Shown here piece by piece: positions 33,373 to 42,348 of a stretch of 64,000 nt of DNA (position 1 is its first letter; the number at the start of each line of letters is the position of its first letter). The DNA is from Caulobacterales bacterium (GTDB lineage Bacteria; Pseudomonadota; Alphaproteobacteria; Caulobacterales; Caulobacteraceae). The notes under the pieces are model-generated. The model was not told the DNA's origin and did not search any database. It worked only from the letters and a program-made list of their open reading frames with translations. The DNA lies in assembly GCA_038227925.1 (NCBI GenBank), contig JBBRPN010000002.1, positions 12,214-76,213 of the forward strand, read 5' to 3'. The translations under genes and the position numbers were made by a program.

Positions 33373-34048
33373 CGCTCTTCTCCAATATCCATGCCCCGCT
33401 CCGACCGCCCCGGCAGCGTTCCAGGGTGACCCACCAGCGCGGGGCGCCCAGGCCAGGCTCGCCGGGCGCCGGATCGCTGGGCGCGCCGGCGATCTTCCAC
33501 CGCGTGGCCGCCGCCGATCCGGCCCCCTCGCGTCGAGGCGCGCCGCCGAACGGCCGGCGGCGGATCAGGAAACCGGTGGCCCCGCCCCGCTCGCACGCCA
33601 GCTGCAGGCGTCGCCCGCCGGTCAGATCGACCCCCTCCGTCTCGCCGATGGCGGCGGCGACGCCGGCGCATCCCAGGGCGTCCTCCAGAGCGGCTAGAGC
33701 CTGAGCTTCGCCCGGCGCCTTGACCTGGATCAGCCGCTCGGCCGGAAAGCCGAGGCGGGCGAGGCCGGGCGCATGAAGATCGTCCCGCCGCATCACCCAC
33801 ACCACCGCGCCCCGCGCGGCGAGAGGGCCGGTCAGGGCGGCGACGAAGGCCCCCACCGCTGCCGCCGTCTCGATTTCCAGCCCCTCGCCCACCGCCTCGT
33901 GCCAACGCCCCAGCGGCAGGCCGCCGCCGGGGAGCGCCCCGTCGATGCCGGGATCGCCGAAGGGGAGCACATTCCAGGCGGGCGCGGCGCGGCCTTCGAT
34001 GGCGGCGATCTTCCCCCGCGCCTCCCTCAAGCGCGCCTGGCGTGACAT
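33290..34048 (-). CDS. imuA: ImuA
   Basis: ATG 34048. IDGALPGGGL, RRLQLACE, AATRW and LERCRGG; first gene of imuABC. Confidence 0.88.
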   Translation of the reverse strand: MSRQARLREARGKIAAIEGRAAPAWNVLPFGDPGIDGALPGGGLPLGRWHEAVGEGLEIETAAAVGAFVAALTGPLAARGAVVWVMRRDDLHAPGLARLGFPAERLIQVKAPGEAQALAALEDALGCAGVAAAIGETEGVDLTGGRRLQLACERGGATGFLIRRRPFGGAPRREGAGSAAATRWKIAGAPSDPAPGEPGLGAPRWWVTLERCRGGRSGAWILEKSDGAYPLRVVARLGDRQLETAQRLRLAG

Positions 34049-34068
34049 CGGTGGACCGGACTCCGTTT

Positions 34069-34083
34069 GTTCTCTTTTTGTTC
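34069..34083. promoter_or_regulatory. Alphaproteobacterial LexA (SOS) box
   Basis: GTTC-TCTTTTT-GTTC (GTTC-N7-GTTC), about 20 nt upstream of imuA. Confidence 0.85.
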
Positions 34084-34120
34084 TAGTGCGGCCTCTTGGA
34101 GAGGTCAAGGCGTGGCGTGT

Positions 34121-34267
34121 CCTTCTCCCCTTGCGGGAGAAGGTGTCGGCGAAGCCGACGGATGAGGGGTCGCGCCGCCCTCGCCGCTTGCTCGCCACCC
34201 CCCGGTGAGGGCGCGGAAAACCCCTCATCCGGCGCTGCGCGCCACCTTCTCCCGCAAGGGGAGAAGG
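34121..34267. repeat. CIR/RIME-like palindromic repeat
   Basis: CCTTCTCCCCTTGCGGGAGAAGG at one end and its complement at the other, with GGATGAGGGG/CCCCTCATCC inner arms. Confidence 0.8.
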
Positions 34268-34269
34268 TT

Positions 34270-35250
34270 TTAGCCGTGCTTCGCCAGCGCCGTCTCCAAA
34301 GTCTCCACCATCAGCGCCTTGAGCCGCGTCGGCCCCACGATCTCCACCGCCTCGCCCCAGCCGATCAGATGGCGGACGAGTTCGACCAGGCCGCCGGCGC
34401 GGAAGCGGACGGTGAGCGAGCCGTCGACTTCCTCGGCCACCTTCTGGCTCGGATGAAAGACGAACCGCCGGGCGTCGGGCGCCGCCTCCGGGGAAAAGCG
34501 AAGGACGATGTCCTCGCGCTTTTCCTGGAACGCGCCGAATGAGCGCGCCGCGTAGTCCGCCAGGCTGAACCCCGCCGGCGGCCCGTCGCACGCCTCGCCG
34601 AGCTCCAGATCGCCGATGCGATCGAACCGCCAGAGCACCGGCCGCGCCATGCCGACCTGAGGGCCGACCAGATAATAGGTCCGGCCGAACAATATGCCGT
34701 ATGGGATCACTTCTCGTTGGCGCGCGGCGCCGTCGCTCGCCGAGGCATAGCGGAAGACGCACACCCGCATCGCTTTCAACGCCTCGCGGACGAGGGCCAG
34801 CGTCTCGCCATCGACCATCGGGCGCGGCCCCACCTGCATGACCATGGCCTCGGCCGTCGCCAGAACCTCCAGATCGGGCGCCATGCGAAGGCGGGTCGAG
34901 GCGCGCAGAGACGCGCGGATCTTTTCGGCCAGGGCGCGCAGCAGGGCCGCCCGCGCCTCGCCGCCGCCCTGGGCCAGGGCGGCGATGGCGCCCTGAAGTT
35001 CGGCCAGCTCATCGACGCCGGGCGCCTGCAGAAAACCGTCCAGGCCGCCGACGATGCGGAACCGCTTGGCCCGCCCGTCGCGCGCCTCCTCCATCTGCGG
35101 AAAGAGTTCGCGCAGCACGTCGCGCATGCGCTCGGCGGTGCGCCGGTCGATGCCCGCCTCCCGCGCCATCTCGTCCAGGGTCAGCCCCTCGGCCGACCCC
35201 GCCAGAGCGCGCGCCAGCCGCATCACCGCCAGGGTCTTTTCATGCCGCAT
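34270..35250 (-). CDS. DriD-like WYL-domain transcriptional regulator (wHTH-WYL-WCX)
   Basis: MRHEK...LAGSAEGLTLDEMA...RRTAERMRD...LFPQM; WYL region PYGILFGRTYYLV...WRFDRI; WCX region FHPSQ...WGEAVEIVGP. Resembles Caulobacter DriD as recalled; ortholog versus paralog not determined. Confidence 0.88.
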   Translation of the reverse strand: MRHEKTLAVMRLARALAGSAEGLTLDEMAREAGIDRRTAERMRDVLRELFPQMEEARDGRAKRFRIVGGLDGFLQAPGVDELAELQGAIAALAQGGGEARAALLRALAEKIRASLRASTRLRMAPDLEVLATAEAMVMQVGPRPMVDGETLALVREALKAMRVCVFRYASASDGAARQREVIPYGILFGRTYYLVGPQVGMARPVLWRFDRIGDLELGEACDGPPAGFSLADYAARSFGAFQEKREDIVLRFSPEAAPDARRFVFHPSQKVAEEVDGSLTVRFRAGGLVELVRHLIGWGEAVEIVGPTRLKALMVETLETALAKHG

Positions 35251-35262
35251 CGCGCCGCCTCC

Positions 35263-35283
35263 TTGCGTCCGATCCTGTCGCAT
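35263..35283. promoter_or_regulatory. DriD-type WYL operator palindrome
   Basis: TTGCGTC-N7-GTCGCAT (minus strand ATGCGAC-N7-GACGCAA) in the 73-nt gap between the divergent WYL and AAA genes. Confidence 0.6.
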
Positions 35284-35323
35284 CACGGGCGTAGCATGGC
35301 GCCAGCCACGAAGGGAGAGTGCA

Positions 35324-37342
35324 ATGGACCGTTACGAAAAATTCTGGCTTCGAAAATACGCCGCCCGGGCGGTGGTCAGCGTAAGGGCAGGCCGGCGAAA
35401 ACGGCCGGCGCCCGAAATGTGGGCATGGCTGTCCCGCAACGCGACCCTGCTGGGCGTTCCCGAACCATTGGCGGACTATGGCTTCAACAGCTGCATTGGA
35501 GAGATCGACAGCGCCGCCTGGACATCCTTCAAGGCCGTCGAGGTGCAACTCGGAAAACCAACCCACTCGCCCCCGCCGTCGGGGCTGGAGAGGCGGATGA
35601 CGTGGCTTTGCGAGACGCTCCGCCTGTCGCGCCTGGAGGGAGACATCTTGCGCGCGGCCGCCAGAGCTTGGGTGAGCAAGGCTTTCGGGACATTGGTCGA
35701 AGCCTTCGCGGGCAGTCAGGGCGGCGAGATCAACGGCTGGGCGCTGGCGACCCTGACCGGCCACGATCTGCGGTCGGTGCATCCGGCGCTTCAGATGTTT
35801 CGCCCCTTGCGGCTGCTGGGCCTGTTGGAGGACCGCGGAGACGGCGATTTCTGCGCCTCCGAGACGGTGCTGCGCATCGCGCGGCTGGAGAGCACCGACC
35901 CCGCCCGTCTGCGCGGCCTGTTGATCGGCAAAACGCGGAAGGCCGAACTCACCTGGGACGACTTCGCCCAAATCGGGGACGCCGCGGCTCTGGCCGAACG
36001 CGTCGTCGCCGGCGCCCTGGCCAAGCGGGTCGAAGGTGTCAACATCCTGCTCTATGGCGCGCCCGGGACCGGCAAGACCGAGTTTATCCGCACTCTGGCC
36101 GAGCGCATCGGCGCCCACCCGATGTTCGTCGGCGAGACCGGCGACGAAAGCGATGAACCCAGCCGGGCCGCCCGCATCGCCGCTTTCGCCATCGCCCGCG
36201 CCCTGGCCGGGCGGGCGCCGGGCGCGCTGCTGGTGGTCGATGAGGCCGACGACATCTTCACCGGCGTGGATGACGGCGACCGGGCCTCGCGGGTCGGCTC
36301 CAAGGTGTTCATGAACCGCCTGGTGGAGCACACCGCCGCGCCGACGATCTGGATCACCAACCATGCCGACCAGATCGGCGAGGCCGTGCTGCGCCGGATG
36401 ACCGTGGCCCTCCGCTTTCCCCAGCCCGGCCGCCTGGTCCGCCGCCGGGTGATCGCGGCCATCGCGGCGCGCCGCAAGCTGCGCCTCTCCGCCGCCGCCC
36501 TGGACGGGCTGGCGCAGGTGCGCGCCGCCCCGGCGGTGATGGACCTGGCGGTGCGCGCCGCCAAGCTGACCGGCGGCCGGGAGGCCGACGTGGCCCGCGC
36601 CGCCCGCTCGGTCATCGCCGTCATGGAGGGCGCCCCCGCGCCGCCGCCGCCGGACGCCCCCTTCGCTTTCGACCCGGCCCTCTCGGCCGCCGATTGCAAC
36701 CTCGCCGCCCTGGCCGACCGGCTGGCGGCGAGCGGCGAAACCGCTCTCTCCTTCTGCCTGCATGGCCTGCCCGGCACCGGCAAGAGCGCCTTCGCCCGCC
36801 ACCTCGCCGAGCGGCTGGGCCTGGACGTGATCGAAAAGCGCGCCTCGGACCTCCTCTCGATGTATGTGGGCGGGAGCGAAAAGAATATCGCCCGCGCCTT
36901 CGAGGAGGCGGCCGTCTGCCGCGCCATGCTGATCCTCGACGAAGCCGATTCCCTGCTCCGCGACCGCGCCGTCGCGACCCATTCGTGGGAAGTCACCCAG
37001 GTCAACGAAATGCTCACCTGGATGGAACGCCACCCTTGGCCCTTCGCCGCCACCACCAACGCCATGGACGCCCTCGACCCGGCGACCCTGCGGCGGTTCC
37101 TGTTCAAGGTGAGGTTTTTGCCCATGACCACCGAGCAGGCGCGCGAGGCGTTCCGGCGAAGTTTCGGGGTCGAGGCGCCGGCGGCGCTGGACCGGCTGGA
37201 AACCCTGGCGCCGGGGGATTTCGCGCTGGTGGCGCGCAAGGCGGCGCTCTTGACAGAGCGGGGAGCGGGGGAATTGGTGGCGATGCTGGCGGAAGAGGTC
37301 GCGGCCAAGCCGGGGGGTGGGCGGCGACGGATCGGGTTTTGA
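35324..37342 (+). CDS. Tandem (two-domain) AAA+ ATPase
   Basis: Walker A motifs GAPGTGKT and GLPGTGKS, Walker B motifs LLVVDEAD and LILDEAD, SRH LDPATLRRF. ATG 35324 follows a GGGAG SD-like sequence. Confidence 0.9.
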   Translation: MDRYEKFWLRKYAARAVVSVRAGRRKRPAPEMWAWLSRNATLLGVPEPLADYGFNSCIGEIDSAAWTSFKAVEVQLGKPTHSPPPSGLERRMTWLCETLRLSRLEGDILRAAARAWVSKAFGTLVEAFAGSQGGEINGWALATLTGHDLRSVHPALQMFRPLRLLGLLEDRGDGDFCASETVLRIARLESTDPARLRGLLIGKTRKAELTWDDFAQIGDAAALAERVVAGALAKRVEGVNILLYGAPGTGKTEFIRTLAERIGAHPMFVGETGDESDEPSRAARIAAFAIARALAGRAPGALLVVDEADDIFTGVDDGDRASRVGSKVFMNRLVEHTAAPTIWITNHADQIGEAVLRRMTVALRFPQPGRLVRRRVIAAIAARRKLRLSAAALDGLAQVRAAPAVMDLAVRAAKLTGGREADVARAARSVIAVMEGAPAPPPPDAPFAFDPALSAADCNLAALADRLAASGETALSFCLHGLPGTGKSAFARHLAERLGLDVIEKRASDLLSMYVGGSEKNIARAFEEAAVCRAMLILDEADSLLRDRAVATHSWEVTQVNEMLTWMERHPWPFAATTNAMDALDPATLRRFLFKVRFLPMTTEQAREAFRRSFGVEAPAALDRLETLAPGDFALVARKAALLTERGAGELVAMLAEEVAAKPGGGRRRIGF

Positions 37343-37388
37343 CCGCGATGTTCCTTCTTGTAGTCATGGGAGACGTCGAAGGGGTCAA

Positions 37389-38225
37389 ATGGTGGAATCG
37401 AAAACGCATAACGACCGCGCTTACGGCTTCTTTCGTGTCATACAGAGCCACCTTAGCAGCGAGTACTCGGGGCGGTTGCTTGGGCTTGCTCTCTACGAAC
37501 TCGGAAGGCAAGAACCTGCTTCTTTTGCTTACTTCATATCTAAAATTCCCGGCGTAACGAAGGAATTCAGTCATAGAATTAGAAAAGGCGGCGCACGGTT
37601 TGAACGGGAATGGCCTTACATGCCGAAAAGGCGGTCAGATTTAGCCGTTTTGATGGGTGAAGAGCCGATCCTCTTGATGGAAATCAAGGAAGCCGACGTG
37701 GATGCCCCCGGTAACCCCGCCCAACTCGATGCCTATATCGCGTTCATAAGAACTCGGCCAAACCCAGTGGAATTCGTACATCTAAGCCGCTACCCACCGC
37801 TAAAAGCCCAATCCACGCTCACCCGTGAATCTGCTCGGGGCAACGTTCACGATATTCGTTACAGAGCTTTGTTTGAAGCCCTGCAAGAGCACGAACAAAA
37901 TCAATTAAAGAAGGGGCAAAAGGTGCCGGTGGCACGCATGATTCGTGAATATTTGGAGGATATTGGAGTGGCCGCTTATCGCAAGATCGACTTAAAAACC
38001 GACCGGAGAGCGCTGACCTTTCTCGTTGCCCAGATGGCAAATTTTGCCTATCGTGGCACGGGCTTCGGTAGGTTACAGGGTGATGGCACACTGAAACTCG
38101 GCCTTGAACTCCTGAATCGTATGTTGGGTAACGTGAATGTATTTGCTGATTGGGTGCATGAGTCAAATTTTTCCAATAACTCGCAGAGGCCTGGGCGTAA
38201 ATTTTACGTTAATCAGGCATATTAA
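37389..38225 (+). CDS. PD-(D/E)xK nuclease-family protein, low GC; possibly the 5' part of a disrupted gene extending to 38615
   Basis: FEREW...RRSDLAV...LLMEIK...QLDAY motif order. Visibly AT-richer than the flanks. Confidence 0.65.
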   Translation: MVESKTHNDRAYGFFRVIQSHLSSEYSGRLLGLALYELGRQEPASFAYFISKIPGVTKEFSHRIRKGGARFEREWPYMPKRRSDLAVLMGEEPILLMEIKEADVDAPGNPAQLDAYIAFIRTRPNPVEFVHLSRYPPLKAQSTLTRESARGNVHDIRYRALFEALQEHEQNQLKKGQKVPVARMIREYLEDIGVAAYRKIDLKTDRRALTFLVAQMANFAYRGTGFGRLQGDGTLKLGLELLNRMLGNVNVFADWVHESNFSNNSQRPGRKFYVNQAY

Positions 38226-38327
38226 CGGTCAACACTTGAAAAATTCTAGACTAACCATGACAAAATTATATGGCCGAGAGAGCCACGCTAAGCTCGACTC
38301 TACGTAGATACAACCAAAACAATAACG

Positions 38328-38615
38328 ATGCCGAATAAATCTGGAATCGGAGTTTATCTAATTTTTGGACATTACGTGTCTATTACACGGGGTGATACGG
38401 AGTTGGCCAAGACAGCGGCATATGCAGAAATTTATTGGGGGCGGGGGGATTACTCAGGCGCGGAGAGCGCGGAATGGCATGAAAATTTTCCTTCTGAGAC
38501 AGAGGCCAAAGCGGAACTACATGAATTGTTGGAAAAAGTGAAATCAGACGCCCTTGGCAAATTAAATGGTGATCTGCGTGCGGCCCTACAACTATTCAAT
38601 ATCCCGCGCGGTTAG
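38328..38615 (+). CDS. Hypothetical protein, or C-terminal remnant of the upstream nuclease gene
   Basis: Same reading frame as 37389, separated by stops at 38223, 38247 and 38289. No clear SD. Confidence 0.4.
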   Translation: MPNKSGIGVYLIFGHYVSITRGDTELAKTAAYAEIYWGRGDYSGAESAEWHENFPSETEAKAELHELLEKVKSDALGKLNGDLRAALQLFNIPRG

Positions 38616-38664
38616 TGCGATTTGCCGGGGAGTGCGCGCGGCCTCTTGATGGGCTGAAAAGGGA

Positions 38665-38672
38665 GTATATAC
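38665..38672. promoter_or_regulatory. GTATATAC palindrome, candidate vapB operator
   Basis: AT-rich palindrome about 25 nt upstream of vapB. Confidence 0.35.
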
Positions 38673-38696
38673 CCGTCATAACGCCGGGAGATTCCC

Positions 38697-38936
38697 ATGC
38701 CCATCGTCACCAGCCGCACCTTTCGCAGCGGCAACAGCCAGGCCGTCCGCCTGCCCCGCGAGGTGGCGTTTGCGGACGGAACCGCCGTGACCATGGTTCG
38801 GTCCGGGGACGTGCTGACCATCTATCCAACAAAAGCCCCCATTTCGGAGATGATCCGGAAACTCAGGGAACTGCCCGCGCCCGATACGGTGGAAATCCGG
38901 GACGTGGAACTCATCCCGGAACGACCCAATCTCTGA
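38697..38936 (+). CDS. vapB: VapB antitoxin (AbrB/MazE/SpoVT fold)
   Basis: TFRSGNSQAVRLPREVAF. Confidence 0.9.
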   Translation: MPIVTSRTFRSGNSQAVRLPREVAFADGTAVTMVRSGDVLTIYPTKAPISEMIRKLRELPAPDTVEIRDVELIPERPNL

Positions 38937-38939
38937 CGC

Positions 38940-39326
38940 GTGGCGTTTCTGATCGACACCAATGTGGCCATCGACCTGCGAGATGGCGTCGAGGTGGTGG
39001 TGGACAGGGTGGAGGCGCTTGGAGGCGGCCTTCTCCTCTCGATTGTCAGTCGGGTTGAATTGGAGGGTGGCATCCTTCGCGAACCGGTCCAGGCCGCCCT
39101 GCGGCGCCAACGCCTGAATGCGCTGCTCAGCGGTTTTTCCGTCCTGGCCTTCGATGGCGCCTGCGCCGACGCCTACCGGACGATCATCGAGGCGGCCGGC
39201 TATTCACGCCGCAAGATCCTCGATCGCATGATCGCCGCCCAGGCGATCGTCCACCGCGCGACGTTGGTCACCACCAACGGCGAGGATTTCCGCGATGTGC
39301 AGGGGCTGGAGTTGCTGGAGTGGTGA
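38940..39326 (+). CDS. vapC: VapC PIN-domain toxin
   Basis: FLIDTNV, VELEGG, DRMIAAQA and LVTTNGEDF. Confidence 0.9.
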   Translation: MAFLIDTNVAIDLRDGVEVVVDRVEALGGGLLLSIVSRVELEGGILREPVQAALRRQRLNALLSGFSVLAFDGACADAYRTIIEAAGYSRRKILDRMIAAQAIVHRATLVTTNGEDFRDVQGLELLEW

Positions 39327-39337
39327 AGGGTCAGAAA

Positions 39338-39465
39338 ATCCTCCCTCCCCTTCATGGGAGGGTGGCGCGAAGCGCCGGGTGGGGTTCTTTCCAGTAGGCG
39401 GCTCACCGTCACCCCACCCCGCTCGGCTTCGCCGAGTCGCCCTCCCCATCGAGGGGAGGGAGGAT
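39338..39465. repeat. CIR/RIME-like palindromic repeat between convergent genes
   Basis: ATCCTCCCTCCCC...GGGGAGGGAGGAT arms. Near-copy of the 11867, 49626 and 63442 elements. Confidence 0.8.
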
Positions 39466-39476
39466 GTTTGCACCCC

Positions 39477-41054
39477 TCAAAACCGCAACCCCCGCGCCTC
39501 CTTCACGTGCGGCAGGGCTCTTATCTTGGCGATCAGCGCCTCGTCGGGGGCCTGGTCCACCCCCACCAGGGCGATGGCGTCGTCGCCGGCGGCGACTCTG
39601 CCTAAGTTGAACGTCGCGATGTTGACGCCCGCTTCGCCGAGCAGCACGCCCAGGGCGCCGATGAAACCGGGTCGGTCGAGGTTGTTCACATAGAGCATGG
39701 CGGGGGCGAAGGCGGCGTCGAGTTCCATGCCCTTGACTTCCACCACCCGCGGGGCGCCGGCGACCACCGTGCCGGCGAAGGCGCGGGGGCCGGCGTCGGT
39801 GGCCACGGTGACCCGCATCAGGTTCTCGTAAGTTGGCGAGGTCTCCTGGCGCGATTCCGAGACGGTGATCCCCCGCTCCCTGGCCACCGCCGGGGCGGAG
39901 ACCATGTTGATCTCGGCTAGCATGGGCCGCAGCACCCCGGCCAGGGCGGCGGCGGTGAGCGGTTTGACGTTCAGGGACGCCACGTCGCCCTCGAAGGCGA
40001 CGGCGACGCCGGTGAGGTTCTCGTCCACCATCTGGCCGGCCAGGGCGCCGAGTTTTTCGGCCAGGGCCACGTAGGGGCGCAGCTTGGGGGCCTCGTCGGC
40101 GGTGATCGAGGGGCTGTTCAGGGCATTGGTCACCGCGCCGGTCAAGAGATAGTCGCTCATCTGTTCGGCCACCTGCAGGGCGACATTCTCCTGTGCCTCG
40201 CCGGTGGCGGCGCCCAGGTGGGGGGTGGCGATGAAGTTCGCCGCGCCGAAAAGGACGTTGGCCGTGGCCGGCTCTTCGACGAAGACATCGAAGGCGGCGC
40301 CGCCGATGTGGCCCTCGTCCAGGCCCCGGCGCAGAGCGCCCTCATCCACCAGGCCGCCGCGGGCGCAGTTGACGATCAGCACCCCCTTGCGGGTTCGCGC
40401 CAGGGCTTCGGCGGAGAGAATGTTCCGCGTCTTGTCGGTGAGCGGAGTGTGCAGGGTGATGAGGTCGGCGCGGGCCAGCAGCTCCTCCAGCTCCACCTTC
40501 TCCACCCCGATCTCCACCGCCCGCTCGGGCGACAGGAAGGGATCGTAGGCGATCACCTTCATCTTCAGGCCATTGGCGCGGTCGGCGACGATGGAGCCGA
40601 TGTTGCCCGCCCCGATCAACCCCAGGGTCTTGGCGTACAGCTCCACGCCCATGAAACGGTTCTTCTCCCACTTGCCGCCTTGGGTGGAGGCGTCGGCGGC
40701 GGGAAGCTGGCGGGCCAGGGCGAACATCATGGCGATGGCGTGCTCGGCGGTGGTGATCGAGTTGCCGAAAGGCGTATTCATCACCACGACGCCGGCGGCG
40801 GTGGCGGCGGGGATGTCGATGTTGTCCACCCCGATGCCGGCCCGGCCGATGACCTTGAGGCGGCGGGCGGCGGCGATCACCTGGGCGGTGGCCTTGGTGG
40901 CCGAACGAACGGCCAGGCCGTCGTAGTCACCGACGACGGCGATCAGGTCTTCCCGGGAGAGCCCGACCTTGACGTCGGCCTCCACGCCGCGCTGGCGGAA
41001 GATCTCCACCGCGGCGGGGGAAAGTTGGTCGGCGATGAGGACGCGGGGGGGCAT
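39477..41054 (-). CDS. serA: D-3-phosphoglycerate dehydrogenase
   Basis: ATG 41054 overlaps the serC stop. GRAGIGVDN, NTPFGNSITTAEH, TPHLGAAT and a C-terminal ACT domain. Confidence 0.95.
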   Translation of the reverse strand: MPPRVLIADQLSPAAVEIFRQRGVEADVKVGLSREDLIAVVGDYDGLAVRSATKATAQVIAAARRLKVIGRAGIGVDNIDIPAATAAGVVVMNTPFGNSITTAEHAIAMMFALARQLPAADASTQGGKWEKNRFMGVELYAKTLGLIGAGNIGSIVADRANGLKMKVIAYDPFLSPERAVEIGVEKVELEELLARADLITLHTPLTDKTRNILSAEALARTRKGVLIVNCARGGLVDEGALRRGLDEGHIGGAAFDVFVEEPATANVLFGAANFIATPHLGAATGEAQENVALQVAEQMSDYLLTGAVTNALNSPSITADEAPKLRPYVALAEKLGALAGQMVDENLTGVAVAFEGDVASLNVKPLTAAALAGVLRPMLAEINMVSAPAVARERGITVSESRQETSPTYENLMRVTVATDAGPRAFAGTVVAGAPRVVEVKGMELDAAFAPAMLYVNNLDRPGFIGALGVLLGEAGVNIATFNLGRVAAGDDAIALVGVDQAPDEALIAKIRALPHVKEARGLRF

Positions 41055-42220
41055 CAGGGCGCCATCTCCTCGGCCACGCTGGCGAAGGCCCAGTCGAGCC
41101 AGGGGCCGAGGGCCTCGAGATCGTCGGCGTCCACCGTGGCGCCGCACCAGATGCGCAGCCCCGGCGGGGCGTTGCGGTGGGCGCCGATGTCGAGGGCGAC
41201 ACCCTCCTTTTCCAGCAGCGCGGCGAGGCGCTTGGCGAAATCGGCCTGGGCGTCGGCGGGGAGCGCCGTCACCCTGGGCTCCACGATCTTCAGGCACACC
41301 GAGGTGTTGGACCGGTTGGCCGGATCGCGGGCCAGGAAATCGACCCACGCCGTGCGCTCGACCCACGAGCCCAGCACCGCCGCGTTGCCGTCGGCCCGCC
41401 GCTTCAGTTCGGTCAGGCCGCCGATCGACGCGGCCCATTTGAGCGTATCGAGCCAGTCCTCCACGCACAGCATGGACGGGGTGTTGATCGTCGCGCCCTC
41501 GAAGATCGTCCGGTCGACCTTGCCGTTCTTGGTCAGGCGAAAGAGCTTGGGCATGGGCCAGGGCGGCGCGTGGCTCTCCAGCCTCGCCACCGCTCGCGGC
41601 GAGAGGATCAGCATGCCGTGCGCCGCTTCGCCGCCCAGGGCCTTCTGCCAGGAGAAAGTCACCGCATCGAGCTTGGCCCAGTCGAGATCCTGGGCGAAAC
41701 AGGCGCTGGTGGCGTCGCAGATCGTCAACCCGGTCCGGTCCCCGGCGATGAAGTCGCCGTTGGGGACCCTGACGCCCGAGGTGGTGCCGTTCCAGGTGAA
41801 CACCAGGTCGGCGTCGGCGCGCACCCGGGTCAAGTCCGGCAGGGCGCCGTAGGGCGCCTCCAGCACCTCGGCCTCGACCTTCAACTGTTTGACCACGTCG
41901 GTCACCCAGTCCTTGCCGAAGGACTCGAAGGCGAGGAGCTGCACCGGCGCCGGCCCCAGCAGCGACCACAGGGCCATCTCCATGGCCCCGGTGTCCGATC
42001 CTGGCACGACGCCGACCAGAAAATCATCGGGAACCTGGAGCACGGCGCGGGTCTGGTCGATGGCGGCCTTGAGACGCGCCATGCCGGCCACCGAGCGGTG
42101 CGAGCGCCCGAGCACCGCGCTTCGCAAGTTTTCGAGGGCCCATCCGGGGCGCTTGGCGCACGGCCCGGATGAAAACTCCGGACGCGCCGGCCGCATGGCC
42201 GGCTTGGCGAGGGTCGTCAT
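41054..42220 (-). CDS. serC: Phosphoserine aminotransferase (alphaproteobacterial type)
   Basis: [29 protein letters not shown] and TINTPSML. Confidence 0.95.
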   Translation of the reverse strand: MTTLAKPAMRPARPEFSSGPCAKRPGWALENLRSAVLGRSHRSVAGMARLKAAIDQTRAVLQVPDDFLVGVVPGSDTGAMEMALWSLLGPAPVQLLAFESFGKDWVTDVVKQLKVEAEVLEAPYGALPDLTRVRADADLVFTWNGTTSGVRVPNGDFIAGDRTGLTICDATSACFAQDLDWAKLDAVTFSWQKALGGEAAHGMLILSPRAVARLESHAPPWPMPKLFRLTKNGKVDRTIFEGATINTPSMLCVEDWLDTLKWAASIGGLTELKRRADGNAAVLGSWVERTAWVDFLARDPANRSNTSVCLKIVEPRVTALPADAQADFAKRLAALLEKEGVALDIGAHRNAPPGLRIWCGATVDADDLEALGPWLDWAFASVAEEMAP

Positions 42221-42228
42221 AGCCTATC

Positions 42229-42277
42229 TCCCATCCTTGCAGATGGACTGCGCCCCGTTGGGAGGGCGTGGCCCGCC
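42229..42277 (-). ncRNA. serC leader RNA motif
   Basis: Minus strand GGGCCACGCCCTCCCAACGGGGCGCAGTCCATCTGCAAGGATGGGAG: two hairpins directly upstream of serC-serA, matching the alphaproteobacterial serC motif as recalled. Confidence 0.75.
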
Positions 42278-42348
42278 GCGCAAGAAACCCGGTTCACGAG
42301 TCGGCGCAAGGGGAGATTTTCCGTGCCGACCCGTAGATTTCGTGTGGG

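Noticed and set aside
37343-37388. Second LexA box upstream of the nuclease gene
   Set aside because: Only one GTTC half-site; the second half does not match at N7 spacing.
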